Source: an uncultured virus (IMG/VR IMGVR_UViG_3300033076_001192) (taxonomy: Duplodnaviria > Heunggongvirae > Uroviricota > Caudoviricetes). Taken from it: DNA of 64,000 bases. The stretch is from the IMG/VR virus record IMGVR_UViG_3300033076_001192. One strand, 5' to 3'. Made by a program: the position numbers and the translations under genes. The notes under the pieces were generated by a model. The model searched no databases. It had not been told where the DNA came from and saw only the letters and a program-made list of their open reading frames with translations. Shown here piece by piece: positions 30,017 to 41,895 of this stretch (within the stretch, counting starts at the first letter, position 1; each line of letters starts with the position of its first letter).

Positions 30017-31831
30017 ACTATACAGACAAGCTAACGAAATAGTTAAAGAAATTGACAGAATTAATTTTGAATATGGTGGAAAAATACCAAAAGATAAGAT
30101 TGATAAAATGGGAGCAAACCTAATTGTTAATTTTGGTATATTATTGTGTGAAAAACAAAAAGGACAAAAAAATAACATTTGTGATACAGGAATTGAGATA
30201 TGAAAAAGTACAAAAACTTCTTATTTATAGAAGATGTAGGATATAGCGGAGTAAAAGGAGACTGTTCAGATGGGTATTTAACAGAAGGTTTAGATGGTAA
30301 CAGAAGAATAAAACTTCCACATAACAACTACACTCTGCTAGGAATAGCTGATGAATGTATTAACGCACCTTACGCTGAAGAATTTTCCGCACAAATAGTT
30401 GAAAAAGACGAGTTTGGAGGATATTTAGATTATGAATTAGAAGAACATAATTACGATTCAGCTTCAGATAGTTTTCAAACTTTAGCAAGAGTACTAGATT
30501 TAAAACCAACAGATTATATTTTGAGAGATGAGAACAGGTAAAACGCACGTACAAATAGCAATGTTAGCTAAATCTTTAAATGAAGATAAATCCGTTTTTA
30601 TCGCGGGAATGAAAAACCCAAAAGACTATATAGAAAGACTCTTCAGAGATTTTGGAATAACAGTGATAACAGAGCCTCATTACATAGTAAAAGATACAGA
30701 AATAGTTTTAGAACATGTTCCTCCTTACAGAGTGTGGGAAACAAAGTATGAACCTCATTTAACAGGATATGAATTTAGAAAGTTGTAGTGTACAAAAGAA
30801 AGATATTTTAAAAAAGATTACTGAATTAAAAGAAGAATTGAATAAGCCTATTACAAACTTTGGAAAGTCTTATTTTATTGAGTTGCAAATAAAAACATTA
30901 GAAGAATTACTGTAAAAGATAAAAGGTTTTAACAGAGTAATTAATATAGGTTGGAGTTATATAATAGAAAGAGTATGAAAGAGTTTTACACATTTGAGCA
31001 AAAGATAGCTTACAATCAAGCTAAAGAAGATTTAAATAAAGTACTAAAGTTTAAATATCATAAACTAAAAATTAAGATGCAAAATGATGATTATATTGAT
31101 AAAGAACATTTTAGTTATATGAATGGTCAAATGGATTTATTAATAGAGTTAATAGAATAAGATATGAGAAGTGAAACAGCACAAAGAATACTAGAAGAAA
31201 CATCTGAAGAAACCAAAGATAGAGTTAAAAAATGGACGAAAAAAGTTTTAGAAGAGTCTAATATAAAAACAGAAATGGATAAACAAACTGAAGAGTTTTT
31301 ACTTTTAGGCTCTTTAATGTTTAAAGACAACGAAGATGGAAGTTTAACATGGATACCGAGATTATGAATTGGACAGAAGGACTTTGGTGGAGTTCTGAAG
31401 AAGGGTATAATAAAATGAAAAAACATTACAAGTATTGTCAACTCCTAAAAATTTAATAGTTGAAAATGAAAATACAAAATTGTGGAATAAATTAAGACAT
31501 AAATAATATGTGGATAAACAATAATATAAGTAAACCTCTTAGAAAAGGTTATTATAAAACCTTAGTAGATTTTGATGGATTAGGAAATCTAATTGAAATG
31601 GAAGATGAATATTTTAACGGAGAGAATTGGGATTTGTATAATTCTTCTGTTCAATTCATTTCTTTTTGGTGGGCGGAAAAAGAAGATTACAAAACCATCA
31701 CTGATAAAATAGAGGCAGAAATAGTACAAACAGAAGTAGGTAGTTACCAATTAAATAACATTAAGGTTAACACAACTTATACAATTTCGCAAGAAAAAAG
31801 TGAAGAACCGAAAATAGAAAAGAGTAAATGA
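30000..31831 (+). CDS. run of small hypothetical genes (30000-30203, 30200-30541, 30528-30788, 30951-31160, 31164-31367, 31508-31831)
   Basis: packed co-directional ORFs. Confidence 0.6.
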
Positions 31832-31933
31832 GAAAAATAAAATATTGGATATACAAACAATGTTACCTACAATGTCTAAAAGAAAACTCAGATGAAGTAG
31901 TAACAAGATGGTTTAGAATAAAAATGAATAAGT

Positions 31934-32386
31934 ATGACACATAAGGAGTTAGTAAATATAAGCTATAAGTTTGTTCTAAATAAAATGTCTTGTGGTTTCG
32001 CCGTAAAAGAGCTAAAAACAACAGAAAAAGAAATAGTAGATGTATTAGGCTTTGGAGCTTGGAGTCATTCTGTTTTAATAGAAGTAAAAGTAAGTAGACA
32101 AGATTTCTTAGCAGATAAAAAGAAAAGCTTTAGAATAAATCCTGATGAAGGTGTAGGTAGATATAGATTTTATTGTTGTCCAAAAGATTTAATTAAAATA
32201 GAAGACCTTCCTAATAATTGGGGATTAATTTATGAAGACAAAAGTAAATTAGAAATAGTATTTAATCCTTATTGTAAGAACCCTAAAGGGAACATTTTTA
32301 GTGGTGGATTTTTATATAATAAAGATGCAGAAAGAGCAATAATGTATTCAGTACTTAGGAGACACAAAAAAAGCCTGGGAAATTAA
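31934..32386 (+). CDS. PD-(D/E)XK-type nuclease (MmcB-like)
   Basis: E..DVLGF...LIEVKVSRQDFLADKKK, LPNNWGL. Confidence 0.65.
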   Translation: MTHKELVNISYKFVLNKMSCGFAVKELKTTEKEIVDVLGFGAWSHSVLIEVKVSRQDFLADKKKSFRINPDEGVGRYRFYCCPKDLIKIEDLPNNWGLIYEDKSKLEIVFNPYCKNPKGNIFSGGFLYNKDAERAIMYSVLRRHKKSLGN

Positions 32387-32399
32387 TCTCAGGCTTTTT
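32366..32399. terminator. bidirectional terminator at the strand-switch point
   Basis: aaaaagcctg(g)ga...tctcaggcttttt between convergent gene blocks. Confidence 0.75.
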
Positions 32400-32685
32400 A
32401 CTGTTTATAATTTTAATCTGTTTTTAATATCTTTTATATAATACTTCATATTACTTTTAACTAGATAATGGTTACTAAAATAATTGTAATAATCTTCTTC
32501 AAATTTTTCACTCCATTGAGTAGGAATTTCATCTTCTACTATTTTAAATTTTTCTCTGTAAGAGAGCATTGCTTTTAATATTACATCACATTCTTAAAAT
32601 CTGTTTTCTTTTTCTAATTCTTTTAATATTAAAGTCATAGGAAAAAAGCCATGAGATATTAAACATTTATGAATATTATTTTCTG

Positions 32686-34425
32686 TCATAATTTAATCCA
32701 CTTTCTAAGGTCTAGTGGTACTTGATATAAAGTTATTAGTTTATCATCTTTAAACAAGAATAAAATTTCTCCGTTTATTCTTATATTATTACAAACTTTA
32801 TACTCTAACCAAAGTTTGTCTAAGTATTTTTTAAGTCTTCCTTTACATTCTGAGTGTCTTTTACCTGTTTTTAAAGCTTTTTGTGCCAGCCTGGATAAAG
32901 AACGTTCATTTAAATTTAATCTTTCTTTACATCTTTCTATTGCGTGTTGTGTTAGTTCCATTTTGTATATTTTTAATATTCTCAATATCTTTATCTGTTA
33001 TTAACGCTCCAAATCTTTCAATAATTTGTTCTACAGATAATTCTTCAACTGTAATAGCATATTCATAAATTTCTTTCATCAGTTCATCGTTAAAATAGTT
33101 TGTGGCATTCCCATATAAAAAGAATTCTGTAAACTCTCTATACATTTTAACTTTTTCAAGCTGATACTCTTTTGATTTTAAATATTTTTCTGCCCATTTT
33201 TTAGCTGTTTTTGTATCAGCTCCAGTTTTAATACAAGGAACTTCTTTTTCAATATTAAAAGTAGATTCTTTTAATAATTTATCCCTTTGAGTTTCCAATT
33301 CTTTTATAGGAAATATGTTTTCTTTCATAGTTGTCTTTCTTTAATTTCTTCTAATAAACCTATTAAAAAGTTATCAGCATATTTACCCATAACAGCCATA
33401 GAAGATTCATATCTGTCTTTGTCTCTAGCTACAAAATTGATTTCATAAATAAGGTCTTCAACTAAACCACACATCACTTTTAAATTTTCAAGTCTTTGAG
33501 TGTCTAAATGGCTTTCTCCTGATGGATGTATTGAACCTACTAATTTTTGTACTATTTCTTTAATGTTTTCCATAATTTATATTTTTAGAATCTCTTAGAT
33601 TTATTAGTAAATCATATCTTTCTATTCTTATTAATTCTTTTTCTAAGTCATTTCTGTATTGAACTTCATTTGAAAAATTACCAAAACAATCAATATATTT
33701 CCAATCGTTAAATTCATCTAGAGACATCTCTTTAAGAATTTTATCTTTTATTTGTAGGTATTTTATTTCCATAATCCTTCAGTTCTATCATAATTTTTTC
33801 ATTAAAATTTTATTTCCTTTGTCCACCATAAATTGAAAACCTTCTTTTTCCAACCTCTGGTAAATATTTCTTCGTCGAGAATCAGCCCACCCAATCATTA
33901 GATATTCAGCTCTACCTCTAACTCTATTAGAAAAGTATTTAGGAAAATCGTACATAGCTTCTCTTAGCCAAAAAAGAGCACGAATACCGCCTAAAGACTT
34001 ATTTTCTTTATCTTCAAATATTTCAAACTCTTTTCTCTTTTTACCCGAAGAAGCATGAATCCAATATTTAATACTTTTATCAGTTTGTTCAGGAATAACT
34101 AAGACATTATATTTATACTTACCAAATTTTTTAGTAGTGTACCAAACATTTGTGTATTTAGGGTCTTTTATCCATTGCATATTTTTTCTACGTTAATTAA
34201 TCTGTCATCATCAGTTAATATAATTTCTCTAGTCCACTTATCTATTTTAAATTTCCTAGAAAAGTGGGAAGATTTAAACCATTGCTCGGTTTCAATTTTA
34301 TTATCTGTATAAAAGTAAACTCTTTTTACTTGACCTTGGATAACAAAAGTATTTAAATCAGGCTGTTTGTGCTCTTTACAGATATATGTAAATCCATCTA
34401 TATTATGTATTAAATGCTTTTTCAT
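32686..34425 (-). CDS. six small hypothetical genes (32686-32961, 32927-33328, 33325-33573, 33560-33772, 33788-34180, 34168-34425)
   Basis: overlapping minus-strand ORFs downstream of TATCTTTG (minus strand, 34491-34498). Confidence 0.65.
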
Positions 34426-34568
34426 ATTTTTAAGTCTTAAATTTCCGCCATAAAAAGATTAAAAAGAGAACAGCAGAAAAAATTACTCAGCAAAGATAAA
34501 ACAAAAAACCCAATAAAACAAATAAAGCTTAAAGAAAATTAATTCTTCAAGCTTTGTTTATATGTAGT

Positions 34569-36185
34569 CTAAATTAGTTCTGATATTAAACCATCATCAC
34601 CAAACACTAAAAGTTGATTCTTACAAGTAGGGTGAATAACACTATGAGCATAAGCCCAACTACTTAATCCTCTTCTATTGTAATATTGTTCTAATAATGA
34701 TGTAACACCAACCATTGTAACTCCATTATGTATGGTAGGAGAGTGCCCATGAGCGTGTATCATTTTTGTATTTAAATGACTGAAAGATTTTACCGACCCT
34801 TTTGAACCATTAACTCCAAAATCTCCATGAGAGGCACATTCGTATCCACAAATATCTAAAGATTCTCCAAAGTTTAAATATTTAACAGAATCTTTAAACC
34901 TCTCATTCACTAAATACCCAAATATACAACCATAATCATTTAAATTAACTGTTTGTTGTATGTAAGCGTATTTCAAAAAAGCAGGTGAATTATGTAAATC
35001 TCTTTTCCAATTCTCATCGTTAATATACCTATCTAAAAATACGTCGTGATTAGAAATTGCAACATAAGTTTCACAGTCATCAACAGCCTCGTCTATCTTT
35101 TGAATAATATCTAAAGCTTCTTCAACTTCTTTTTCTATTAAATGTTGACCATTAATTATTTTTTGTCTCTGAATAAACATGTCCTTCTTCTCATGAGGGT
35201 TAAAAGACGACCCATCCAAAACATCGTGGGTTATCTGTTTTTTAGGTTTCAGTAAGTGTAGTAACTTTTTTGTAGCTTCAAATATTGTATGATTTAAAAC
35301 CCTTGTATGAATATCTCCCCAAACAAATCCTTCTGACCTTTCAATAATGGACACATTTTCATTAGATACATGATAAATAATATCAACAAAATCTCCGTCT
35401 GAGGTAACTTTAACATTCCTAGGAATATGACAAACTCCGTCTTTTTTCTTTTCTACTACTACAAAACCCATACTGTGATTCTCAAAAGCCTGGTCTCCTG
35501 CTTTAGAATCTGAATAGTTTTTGTAAGTTATAAATCCTGTAGTACACATTACTCTTAAAGGTTTATTCTTAAACCTAGGAAGAGTTTTAAAGTGAATTTT
35601 TGGATGTGGTATAATAAGATTGTTATTTTTAGCTAGAACTTCATAACCTTGTAAAGGCTCTTTAGCTGTTGGTCTAACCCTACTATCAGAAGAGATAAGA
35701 GTGTCACCAAATTGTCTCTTACCATAGTGTAAAAATTCTTCTACTTCATCTCTCCACCATTCTTCAGCTTGTTTTTTACTATTTATATCTTCTGCGGGAG
35801 ATGTTGGATTTCTATACCTTGAAGGTGTAATCATTATTTGAGCTTTATAACCTTTTTTAATAAGAAAATCTCTGTAAGCTTTAAGATTGTTTAAGAATTT
35901 TAAATTAACCCCTGTTTTATTTTGAGCCGAAGTAACTAAAAGTATATCAGTATCTTCTTCAATCTGTCTGTCTTGGGCTCGTTTTAATTGTATAGGTAAT
36001 TTTGAAAACTTAGCCGATAAATTCAACTTATCTTTCCACCAACCACGAATTGTACGTTCATTCACACCAAACTTTTTACAAAGCACCTCCATTTTTTCTC
36101 TATGAGTGATATTGTCATCATAGTATAATGAGGTCAGATATTGCTTATCTGATTCTGTGAGGGTTTTAAATTTGTTTTTTGACAT
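34569..36185 (-). CDS. HTH plus calcineurin-like metallophosphoesterase
   Basis: N-terminal HTH (KFGVNERTIRGW); GDIH, HDVLDG, SNHD, SHGD, HAHGHSP. Confidence 0.72.
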   Translation of the reverse strand: MSKNKFKTLTESDKQYLTSLYYDDNITHREKMEVLCKKFGVNERTIRGWWKDKLNLSAKFSKLPIQLKRAQDRQIEEDTDILLVTSAQNKTGVNLKFLNNLKAYRDFLIKKGYKAQIMITPSRYRNPTSPAEDINSKKQAEEWWRDEVEEFLHYGKRQFGDTLISSDSRVRPTAKEPLQGYEVLAKNNNLIIPHPKIHFKTLPRFKNKPLRVMCTTGFITYKNYSDSKAGDQAFENHSMGFVVVEKKKDGVCHIPRNVKVTSDGDFVDIIYHVSNENVSIIERSEGFVWGDIHTRVLNHTIFEATKKLLHLLKPKKQITHDVLDGSSFNPHEKKDMFIQRQKIINGQHLIEKEVEEALDIIQKIDEAVDDCETYVAISNHDVFLDRYINDENWKRDLHNSPAFLKYAYIQQTVNLNDYGCIFGYLVNERFKDSVKYLNFGESLDICGYECASHGDFGVNGSKGSVKSFSHLNTKMIHAHGHSPTIHNGVTMVGVTSLLEQYYNRRGLSSWAYAHSVIHPTCKNQLLVFGDDGLISELI

Positions 36186-36256
36186 TTATATTTATTTATA
36201 ATACGTTATTATTTTCTAATAGTTTTTTCGCATATTCTTTAGAGTTATCTTGCATA

Positions 36257-37566
36257 TTACTTTATATTTTCGAGAGGATAAGCGTTTAAAATTGAATCTC
36301 TGTCTACCTCTGATACTAAACCTTCTATAACGTAAGATTCTACATTTTCACTAGATTGTTTTAAAGCTTGCTTTACATGCATTTTAGCAAATTCAATTAG
36401 CATTTTAGAAAGTTCTTGTTCTTCAATACCTTGATAGCCTCCTTCATCGTAATATTCTATTGAATAATTTTTTTGAAATTTCTCTGCTGTTATTATCATT
36501 AGTTTATCATTTTATTTCTTGTTTCAAAATCTGCTGATAAAAATTTATCAACTAAAGAACTTAACTGTTCTTGTTCTACAATGTTTAAATTTACCTTTTC
36601 GTAGTCTGAACCGTACTTGTTCAGTTTCTCCATTTTTATTTTATATTCCATGATTATAATCTTTTTTCAAAATGCTCAATACACTTTTCTATTCCTTTTT
36701 CTAATGATTTCTTCCTTCCGACAATTCCTACACTATTGTTCATATAATTTAAAACTATTTCCTAAAAACATAAGTATGTTTGCACAATCTGCAATATGTT
36801 CAACCATTAAATTTTCAAAATGTGCATCATTCATTGATTCATCTAAAGTTATTATTATTTTATTATAATGATGTCCAAATTCTTTCAAAATAGATTTATA
36901 ATCTGTAAATTCTTCCCAATTACCTTTATGTGAGTTATTATCTAACTCTTGTTGCATTTTTTCTGCAAATATTTGTACTTTATTGTTCATATTCTTCTAA
37001 AAATTTATTTAATATTTCTTTATCGGTGTATTGTTTACCTGTATAATCCTCCCTTAGTTCCCACTCATTAATATCAAAATCATAATTAACACATTTTTCA
37101 CGCAAAAAAGTTAAAAAAGACAGACAAAAGTCAATAACTACATTATAAGAATTATCAAAATCTTTATAATCCACTTCCTCTGAAAGTGCAACCATTAATT
37201 GTTCTTTAAGTTTGTTCATGTCTAAAACTCTATTACTGTATTACCGCCTAATTTTAATCTTTCAACAAGTTGTTTACATTTTCTATCTCCACCAATATCA
37301 GTAAATCTCATAAATATTTCCCATTTTCCATTAATATATTTATCAACTCTACTTTCCCAATATGAATTAAACGACATTGAATTCATCAATTCATTACAAT
37401 AATATCTATAAGTATCGTTGCCTACTATTGGTTGCAAATGTGAAGGTTTTGGAGAGTATATTTTTTTAAAATTATTACTGATTCTTTCAGTTTCTCTTAG
37501 TGCATCTTCAACTTCCATATTCATTGATAGAATCATAAATAAATCTTCTTTATAAGCTAATTCCAT
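36257..37566 (-). CDS. small hypothetical genes (36257-36499, 36733-36990, 36980-37219, 37222-37566)
   Basis: ORF track; 36733-36990 has EHIADCANILMF (MazG-like fragment). Confidence 0.6.
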
Positions 37567-37614
37567 AACTTTTCAATTTTAATTTACTTTATTCTGCAAA
37601 CTTTTTAATAATTT

Positions 37615-38601
37615 TTACTCTTCTCCGTATCCTTCTGCTACTAATTTTCTAAACGCTAAAGATAAGTCACCTTCACATTCAAGTTCCACAAAAACATCTG
37701 TTGGAGAATATCCTCTACCGACATCAAAGCTTGTACTTGTTGAGAAACAATTAAAAATTCTTGTATCTGTATCAAATAATGCACTGCTCCCTGATTTAGG
37801 ATTTCCTGCCCTTTTTAATCTGATAGATTTTCCTCTACTTCCTTTACATTCTTCCCAACCACTATCTAAAAGCAAAGAGATAACGTCTCCACGAGAATTG
37901 TAGTCTTCAAAAGGGCTTAATTTCCACTCTTTATATTTTTCCAATCTTATATCCTTACGTTCTTCAATTACATCATTAAAAGAACGGGCGGTTTCTAAAA
38001 TTAAGTTATATTCTTCAATAGAAATATGATTAATTTTACCATAAACAAATTCATACCCTGGACTTGGTGACATTACAACATAACCTCCTGAAACAGTAGT
38101 AGAACCACCACGAGTTTCAAATAATACTCTAACTTTATCATTTGAAGCTATTTTCAAGGCTTTTGAGCGAGTTTTTTCATCATTGAAGGCTTCCATATAA
38201 GTGGAGTGTTTTTCGTACTCTGTGGTATATCTTGAAGCTAATTTTTGATTAGGTTCTACAATATCACAAGAAAATAAAATGTGATACCCTTTATTTTTTG
38301 TAGTTTGAACGTATAATTTTTTTAAGAGGTCTATAGGCAAGCTATTTTTAAACCTTTCAAAAATATCCTCACTTAAATCATATTTCAAGTCTGCATCGAG
38401 GGCAGTAACTTTTTTAACACCGCCACAAAGTAAAGCTATACCCCAACAGTTTGAGAAGTGTAATTCACATTCCTTTTCTGTCATAGGACGTGTTTGAAAT
38501 TGACTCCAATCTCTAATAGCTGGAATTTTTTCAATTGTTACAGGTATCACAGAGTATCCTGCTTTACTATATTGCTTGGCTAAATCTATATAATTACTCA
38601 T
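37615..38601 (-). CDS. bifunctional DNA primase/polymerase (Prim-Pol) domain protein
   Basis: GYSVIPV..KIPA..W..FQ, ALDAD, TKNKGYH, ETRG..GYVVMSPS. Confidence 0.85.
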   Translation of the reverse strand: MSNYIDLAKQYSKAGYSVIPVTIEKIPAIRDWSQFQTRPMTEKECELHFSNCWGIALLCGGVKKVTALDADLKYDLSEDIFERFKNSLPIDLLKKLYVQTTKNKGYHILFSCDIVEPNQKLASRYTTEYEKHSTYMEAFNDEKTRSKALKIASNDKVRVLFETRGGSTTVSGGYVVMSPSPGYEFVYGKINHISIEEYNLILETARSFNDVIEERKDIRLEKYKEWKLSPFEDYNSRGDVISLLLDSGWEECKGSRGKSIRLKRAGNPKSGSSALFDTDTRIFNCFSTSTSFDVGRGYSPTDVFVELECEGDLSLAFRKLVAEGYGEE

Positions 38602-38935
38602 TCTTTATATAATTTAAAAGCTCTTTCCAACAATCTCTTGTAGCCATAGCTTTATATGTGAATTTTTTATAACTGTGTTCATCATTTTTATACTCTTCGG
38701 CTAAATCTTCATAGTACTTTTGCCTTACTTGCCATAACCGAATTAGTTTACTCATATAGTTATTTTTAGCATTTTCACAATCTTGTAAAATTTCTTTTCT
38801 TCTTAATTCCTCCATCTTACCTCTAATGAGATTACTATTATCAGGAATTACATTTTGCTGATTAGTCCCATCAAAAGATTCAAATTTATCTTTATACTCT
38901 TGATTTAGTTTTAATGTTGAATTATTATTTTTCAT
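38594..38935 (-). CDS. hypothetical protein
   Basis: ORF track. Confidence 0.6.
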   Translation of the reverse strand: MKNNNSTLKLNQEYKDKFESFDGTNQQNVIPDNSNLIRGKMEELRRKEILQDCENAKNNYMSKLIRLWQVRQKYYEDLAEEYKNDEHSYKKFTYKAMATRDCWKELLNYIKNE

Positions 38936-39001
38936 AGTTTTTTATTTTATTTTGTAAATATATAAATATTTATTTAACTTACAAAAAGTTTTAACAAAAA
39001 A

Positions 39002-39190
39002 TTAAAAAGGGGTAATATTTTTCTTTTTAGGTAATAGTTCGTAGTAATCTTTTTTAATTTTTTCTTTTACAGCATCTCTGATAAATTGGGCTACGTTTAT
39101 ATTATAACTTGCTAATTTATTTAAAGTATTATCTTGTATTTCTGAAAACTTTATAGTGCGTGGTTTATTATATTTTATTGGTCTTGGCAT
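39002..39190 (-). CDS. small ribbon-helix-helix-like DNA-binding protein
   Basis: PRTIKFSE...L..L...NVAQFIRDAVKEKI. Confidence 0.55.
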   Translation of the reverse strand: MPRPIKYNKPRTIKFSEIQDNTLNKLASYNINVAQFIRDAVKEKIKKDYYELLPKKKNITPF

Positions 39191-39225
39191 AAATAAGTAT
39201 TACTTTTATAGCGCATAGCGATTAG

Positions 39226-39885
39226 TTATGCAATATATCTTTCAACAGAAGCGATAGTATCATGTATTGCTCCGCCATGAGAAAATAAAGCTATTTTTTC
39301 AACTTTAAAACCTCTATTAGCACCCATTGTATTTGAATGATAACCAAAAGTTATAACCTTCCCATTTGGTTTTAAAACATTCAACACTTCATCTTTTAGC
39401 TGTTTAAAAGGACTGCATTTAATACCTTTGTACATCTCCATACTTTTACGATATGCATAAGGTGGGTCAAGAAGTATAGTATCAAATTTATCTCCTTTCC
39501 ATGTTCTTAAAAACTCAAGAGCATCCATTCTATAATCAGCTAATGCTTCATCGTCTAAATCATTTCTAACTTCATCAATGTTTAACTTTGTTCTGCCAGC
39601 AAAAAGATTTAATGTTTTACCTTCGCAATTATTTTCAGTCCATTCACGTATGTTTTTAATTTTAAAAGTATATTTATGCAATGGACATTTAATGTAATCA
39701 AATTTTACTTTGTTTTCATTTACATATAAATTATATCTATGCAATAATGATTCTGTAATGTCAAAATTAAAAAATGGACTATTTTCAAATCCTTGATTTT
39801 TTAACCAATCTTTAGCACTTAATACATCGCATAACACAGGTTTTGTGCTATTGCTTGTTTCGGTGTTTTCTGAATGTTTAGTCAT
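39226..39885 (-). CDS. adenine/N4 DNA methyltransferase-like protein (cassette 1)
   Basis: LNLFAG, DALEF, ILLDPPY. Confidence 0.75.
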   Translation of the reverse strand: MTKHSENTETSNSTKPVLCDVLSAKDWLKNQGFENSPFFNFDITESLLHRYNLYVNENKVKFDYIKCPLHKYTFKIKNIREWTENNCEGKTLNLFAGRTKLNIDEVRNDLDDEALADYRMDALEFLRTWKGDKFDTILLDPPYAYRKSMEMYKGIKCSPFKQLKDEVLNVLKPNGKVITFGYHSNTMGANRGFKVEKIALFSHGGAIHDTIASVERYIA

Positions 39886-39964
39886 AATCTGTATTTTTTA
39901 GTGTTTAAATTAAAATTTGTTTTATTTTTGGTCGCAACAGACACAAAGCCTGAGAACGTTATGT
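39829..39964 (+). repeat. attC-like site 1 (136 bp)
   Basis: GCATAAC-acaggttttgtgctattgc...gcaacagacacaaagcctgagaac-GTTATGT. Confidence 0.8.
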
Positions 39965-39970
39965 TCAATG

Positions 39971-40525
39971 TTATTTTTTCAGAACGTTCTCGAATACAAT
40001 CACGTTTTTCAAAACATTACTGCATAAAAACACACTTGAAAAAGGTGGATTTAAACTTGGTTTTTGGTCATCATAACTTTTAAAGTAACTTATTCTTTTA
40101 TCAAAATACATTACTTCAATTTTGTTATCTCGGAACATTTCAAAACGCTTTTTGCTTTCAAATAATCCCACTACTCCAACAAGCATTGCAAATGGTCTTT
40201 CTAATTCAAATAACTTTTGAAAAACTTCTGCTTTAATTGAATAAGGCGGATTTGAAATAATATAATCAAATGATTTACATTTTTCTTTATCTGCATCAAA
40301 AAAATCAAATCCTTCCGATATATGGCTATTAGAAACAATATGTCCTTCTTTTTTCAATAATTTCACAAAATTACTTTCATTAGTATCAAAAGGACACCAT
40401 ATTTTACTATTTGGTTTTAGGTGTTTTAGCAATGGTTCAATTGCATAATTTGGCGTGTAAAATTCATCATTTGGATTTATTTCGCCTTGTTTTTCTGCTT
40501 TATTTGTAATTAAATCTAATTTCAT
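39971..40525 (-). CDS. adenine DNA methyltransferase-like protein (cassette 2)
   Basis: DEFYTP, IWCPFD, DFF, ISNPPYS. Confidence 0.75.
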   Translation of the reverse strand: MKLDLITNKAEKQGEINPNDEFYTPNYAIEPLLKHLKPNSKIWCPFDTNESNFVKLLKKEGHIVSNSHISEGFDFFDADKEKCKSFDYIISNPPYSIKAEVFQKLFELERPFAMLVGVVGLFESKKRFEMFRDNKIEVMYFDKRISYFKSYDDQKPSLNPPFSSVFLCSNVLKNVIVFENVLKK

Positions 40526-40558
40526 AATTGGAATTTACGGTTAAAAAAATAACACAAA

Positions 40559-40690
40559 ACATAACAGCAATTTGGCAAAATGGCGGGTTTAATGCTTAAT
40601 TGATGTTCTGTGCTTCTATTAATGTTTTGTTTTAAATTGAATGTTCTCGTTTCTTAATCCGCCACATCGCCAAGTTGCAGAACGTTATGT
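40559..40690 (+). repeat. attC-like site 2 (132 bp)
   Basis: ACATAAC-agcaatttggcaaaatggcgg...ccgccacatcgccaagttgcagaac-GTTATGT. Confidence 0.8.
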
Positions 40691-40707
40691 GATAGTTTCA
40701 AAGACGT

Positions 40708-41324
40708 TTATCGTTCATTCCACACCAATTCTAAAGCTGAAACTCCACCACGTTTAGAAGTTTCATCAATATCTAATTTTTCAATAACTTCAATCGCCTT
40801 TTTTACATTATCAAAATAATCCATTTCAACATTCAAAGGAGTGACGATTAAGTTTAAAAAGCCTTCCTCTTCTAAAACACCTCCTACAAAAAATTCACCA
40901 CTTGAAACTATGTAGCATTCAGGCTTTCCGTTTCTCCAATATTCTGTTTTTAAACATAAATATCCGTCAAATAAAAATAATCCAATAGGGCATTTACCTA
41001 ATTTTACATTTCTTTTCTGTTTTTTAATTAGCATTTCTTTTCTATTTTATCAATTAATAATTTATGTAATTCTGTTGGGGTTAATCCTTTAAACGAAACG
41101 CTTTTACACTTTCCATTTTTGCCTCCGATACAATCTCTAAAATCCATTCTCGTCTGGTTTCCTTCTTGAAATACAGATAATTTCAGTTCGTCAATAATAA
41201 AAGTTACTTTTTTAATACAATCTTCTTGGGTTACATCAATGAAGTTCAAGTACTTAGTTTCTTCATCTTTTTTGGTAATGGTTAATCTAATTAAATGTAT
41301 AGGTTTTGGCTCATATATTTTCAT
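40708..41324 (-). CDS. two hypothetical genes in cassette 3 (40708-41034, 41028-41324)
   Basis: ORF track. Confidence 0.65.
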
Positions 41325-41396
41325 AATAAATCTATTATTGTTTAATAAAGTGGTTAGCTTTATTGTTAATTTTTAACTTTATTGTAAGAAACCATC

Positions 41397-41527
41397 ACAT
41401 AACATCGGTTTTGCTCTATTGCGGTTTTAGGCTTATTCGATGTTCGGTTTGTATTTGTTAATTTTGTTTTTAATTCCAAGTTTTTGCTTACTTTTCCGCA
41501 ACAAAGCAAAGCCGAGAACCGTTATAA
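41397..41527 (+). repeat. attC-like site 3 (131 bp)
   Basis: ACATAAC-atcggttttgctctattgcgg...ccgcaacaaagcaaagccgagaacc-GTTATAA. Confidence 0.8.
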
Positions 41528-41533
41528 CTCATT

Positions 41534-41749
41534 TTACAGAACTGTGTGTCCTGCTTTTACAAGTCTATCTACTGATTCCATCATTTGTTGCCTTTGTTTA
41601 TTCTCATCGTCTTTTGTAAATTCATCAAAAAGTTCATAGCCTAATTTCCAAATTTTTTCTTCTTTCCATCCAAAAAATGTTTTTTTGCTAATTGCAAAAT
41701 ATTCATATCCATCCCATGTCGAGTACTTACCAAATTTATAAGTTGCCAT
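41534..41749 (-). CDS. hypothetical protein (cassette 4)
   Basis: ATG at 41749 (MATYKFG...). Confidence 0.6.
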   Translation of the reverse strand: MATYKFGKYSTWDGYEYFAISKKTFFGWKEEKIWKLGYELFDEFTKDDENKQRQQMMESVDRLVKAGHTVL

Positions 41750-41762
41750 AATAAAAAACGAG

Positions 41763-41895
41763 TTATAACAGTGGTTTTGCTCAATGGCTGTATTTGGCAA
41801 AATTTCAGCACTGTTTTATGTTTGTAAAATTTGTTTTTAATTAAATAATTTAGACTTGCTTTTCAGCCACTAAGCAAAGCCACAGGGCGTTATCA
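41763..41895 (+). repeat. attC-like site 4 (133 bp)
   Basis: TTATAAC-agtggttttgctcaatggctg...cagccactaagcaaagccacagggc-GTTATCA. Confidence 0.8.
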
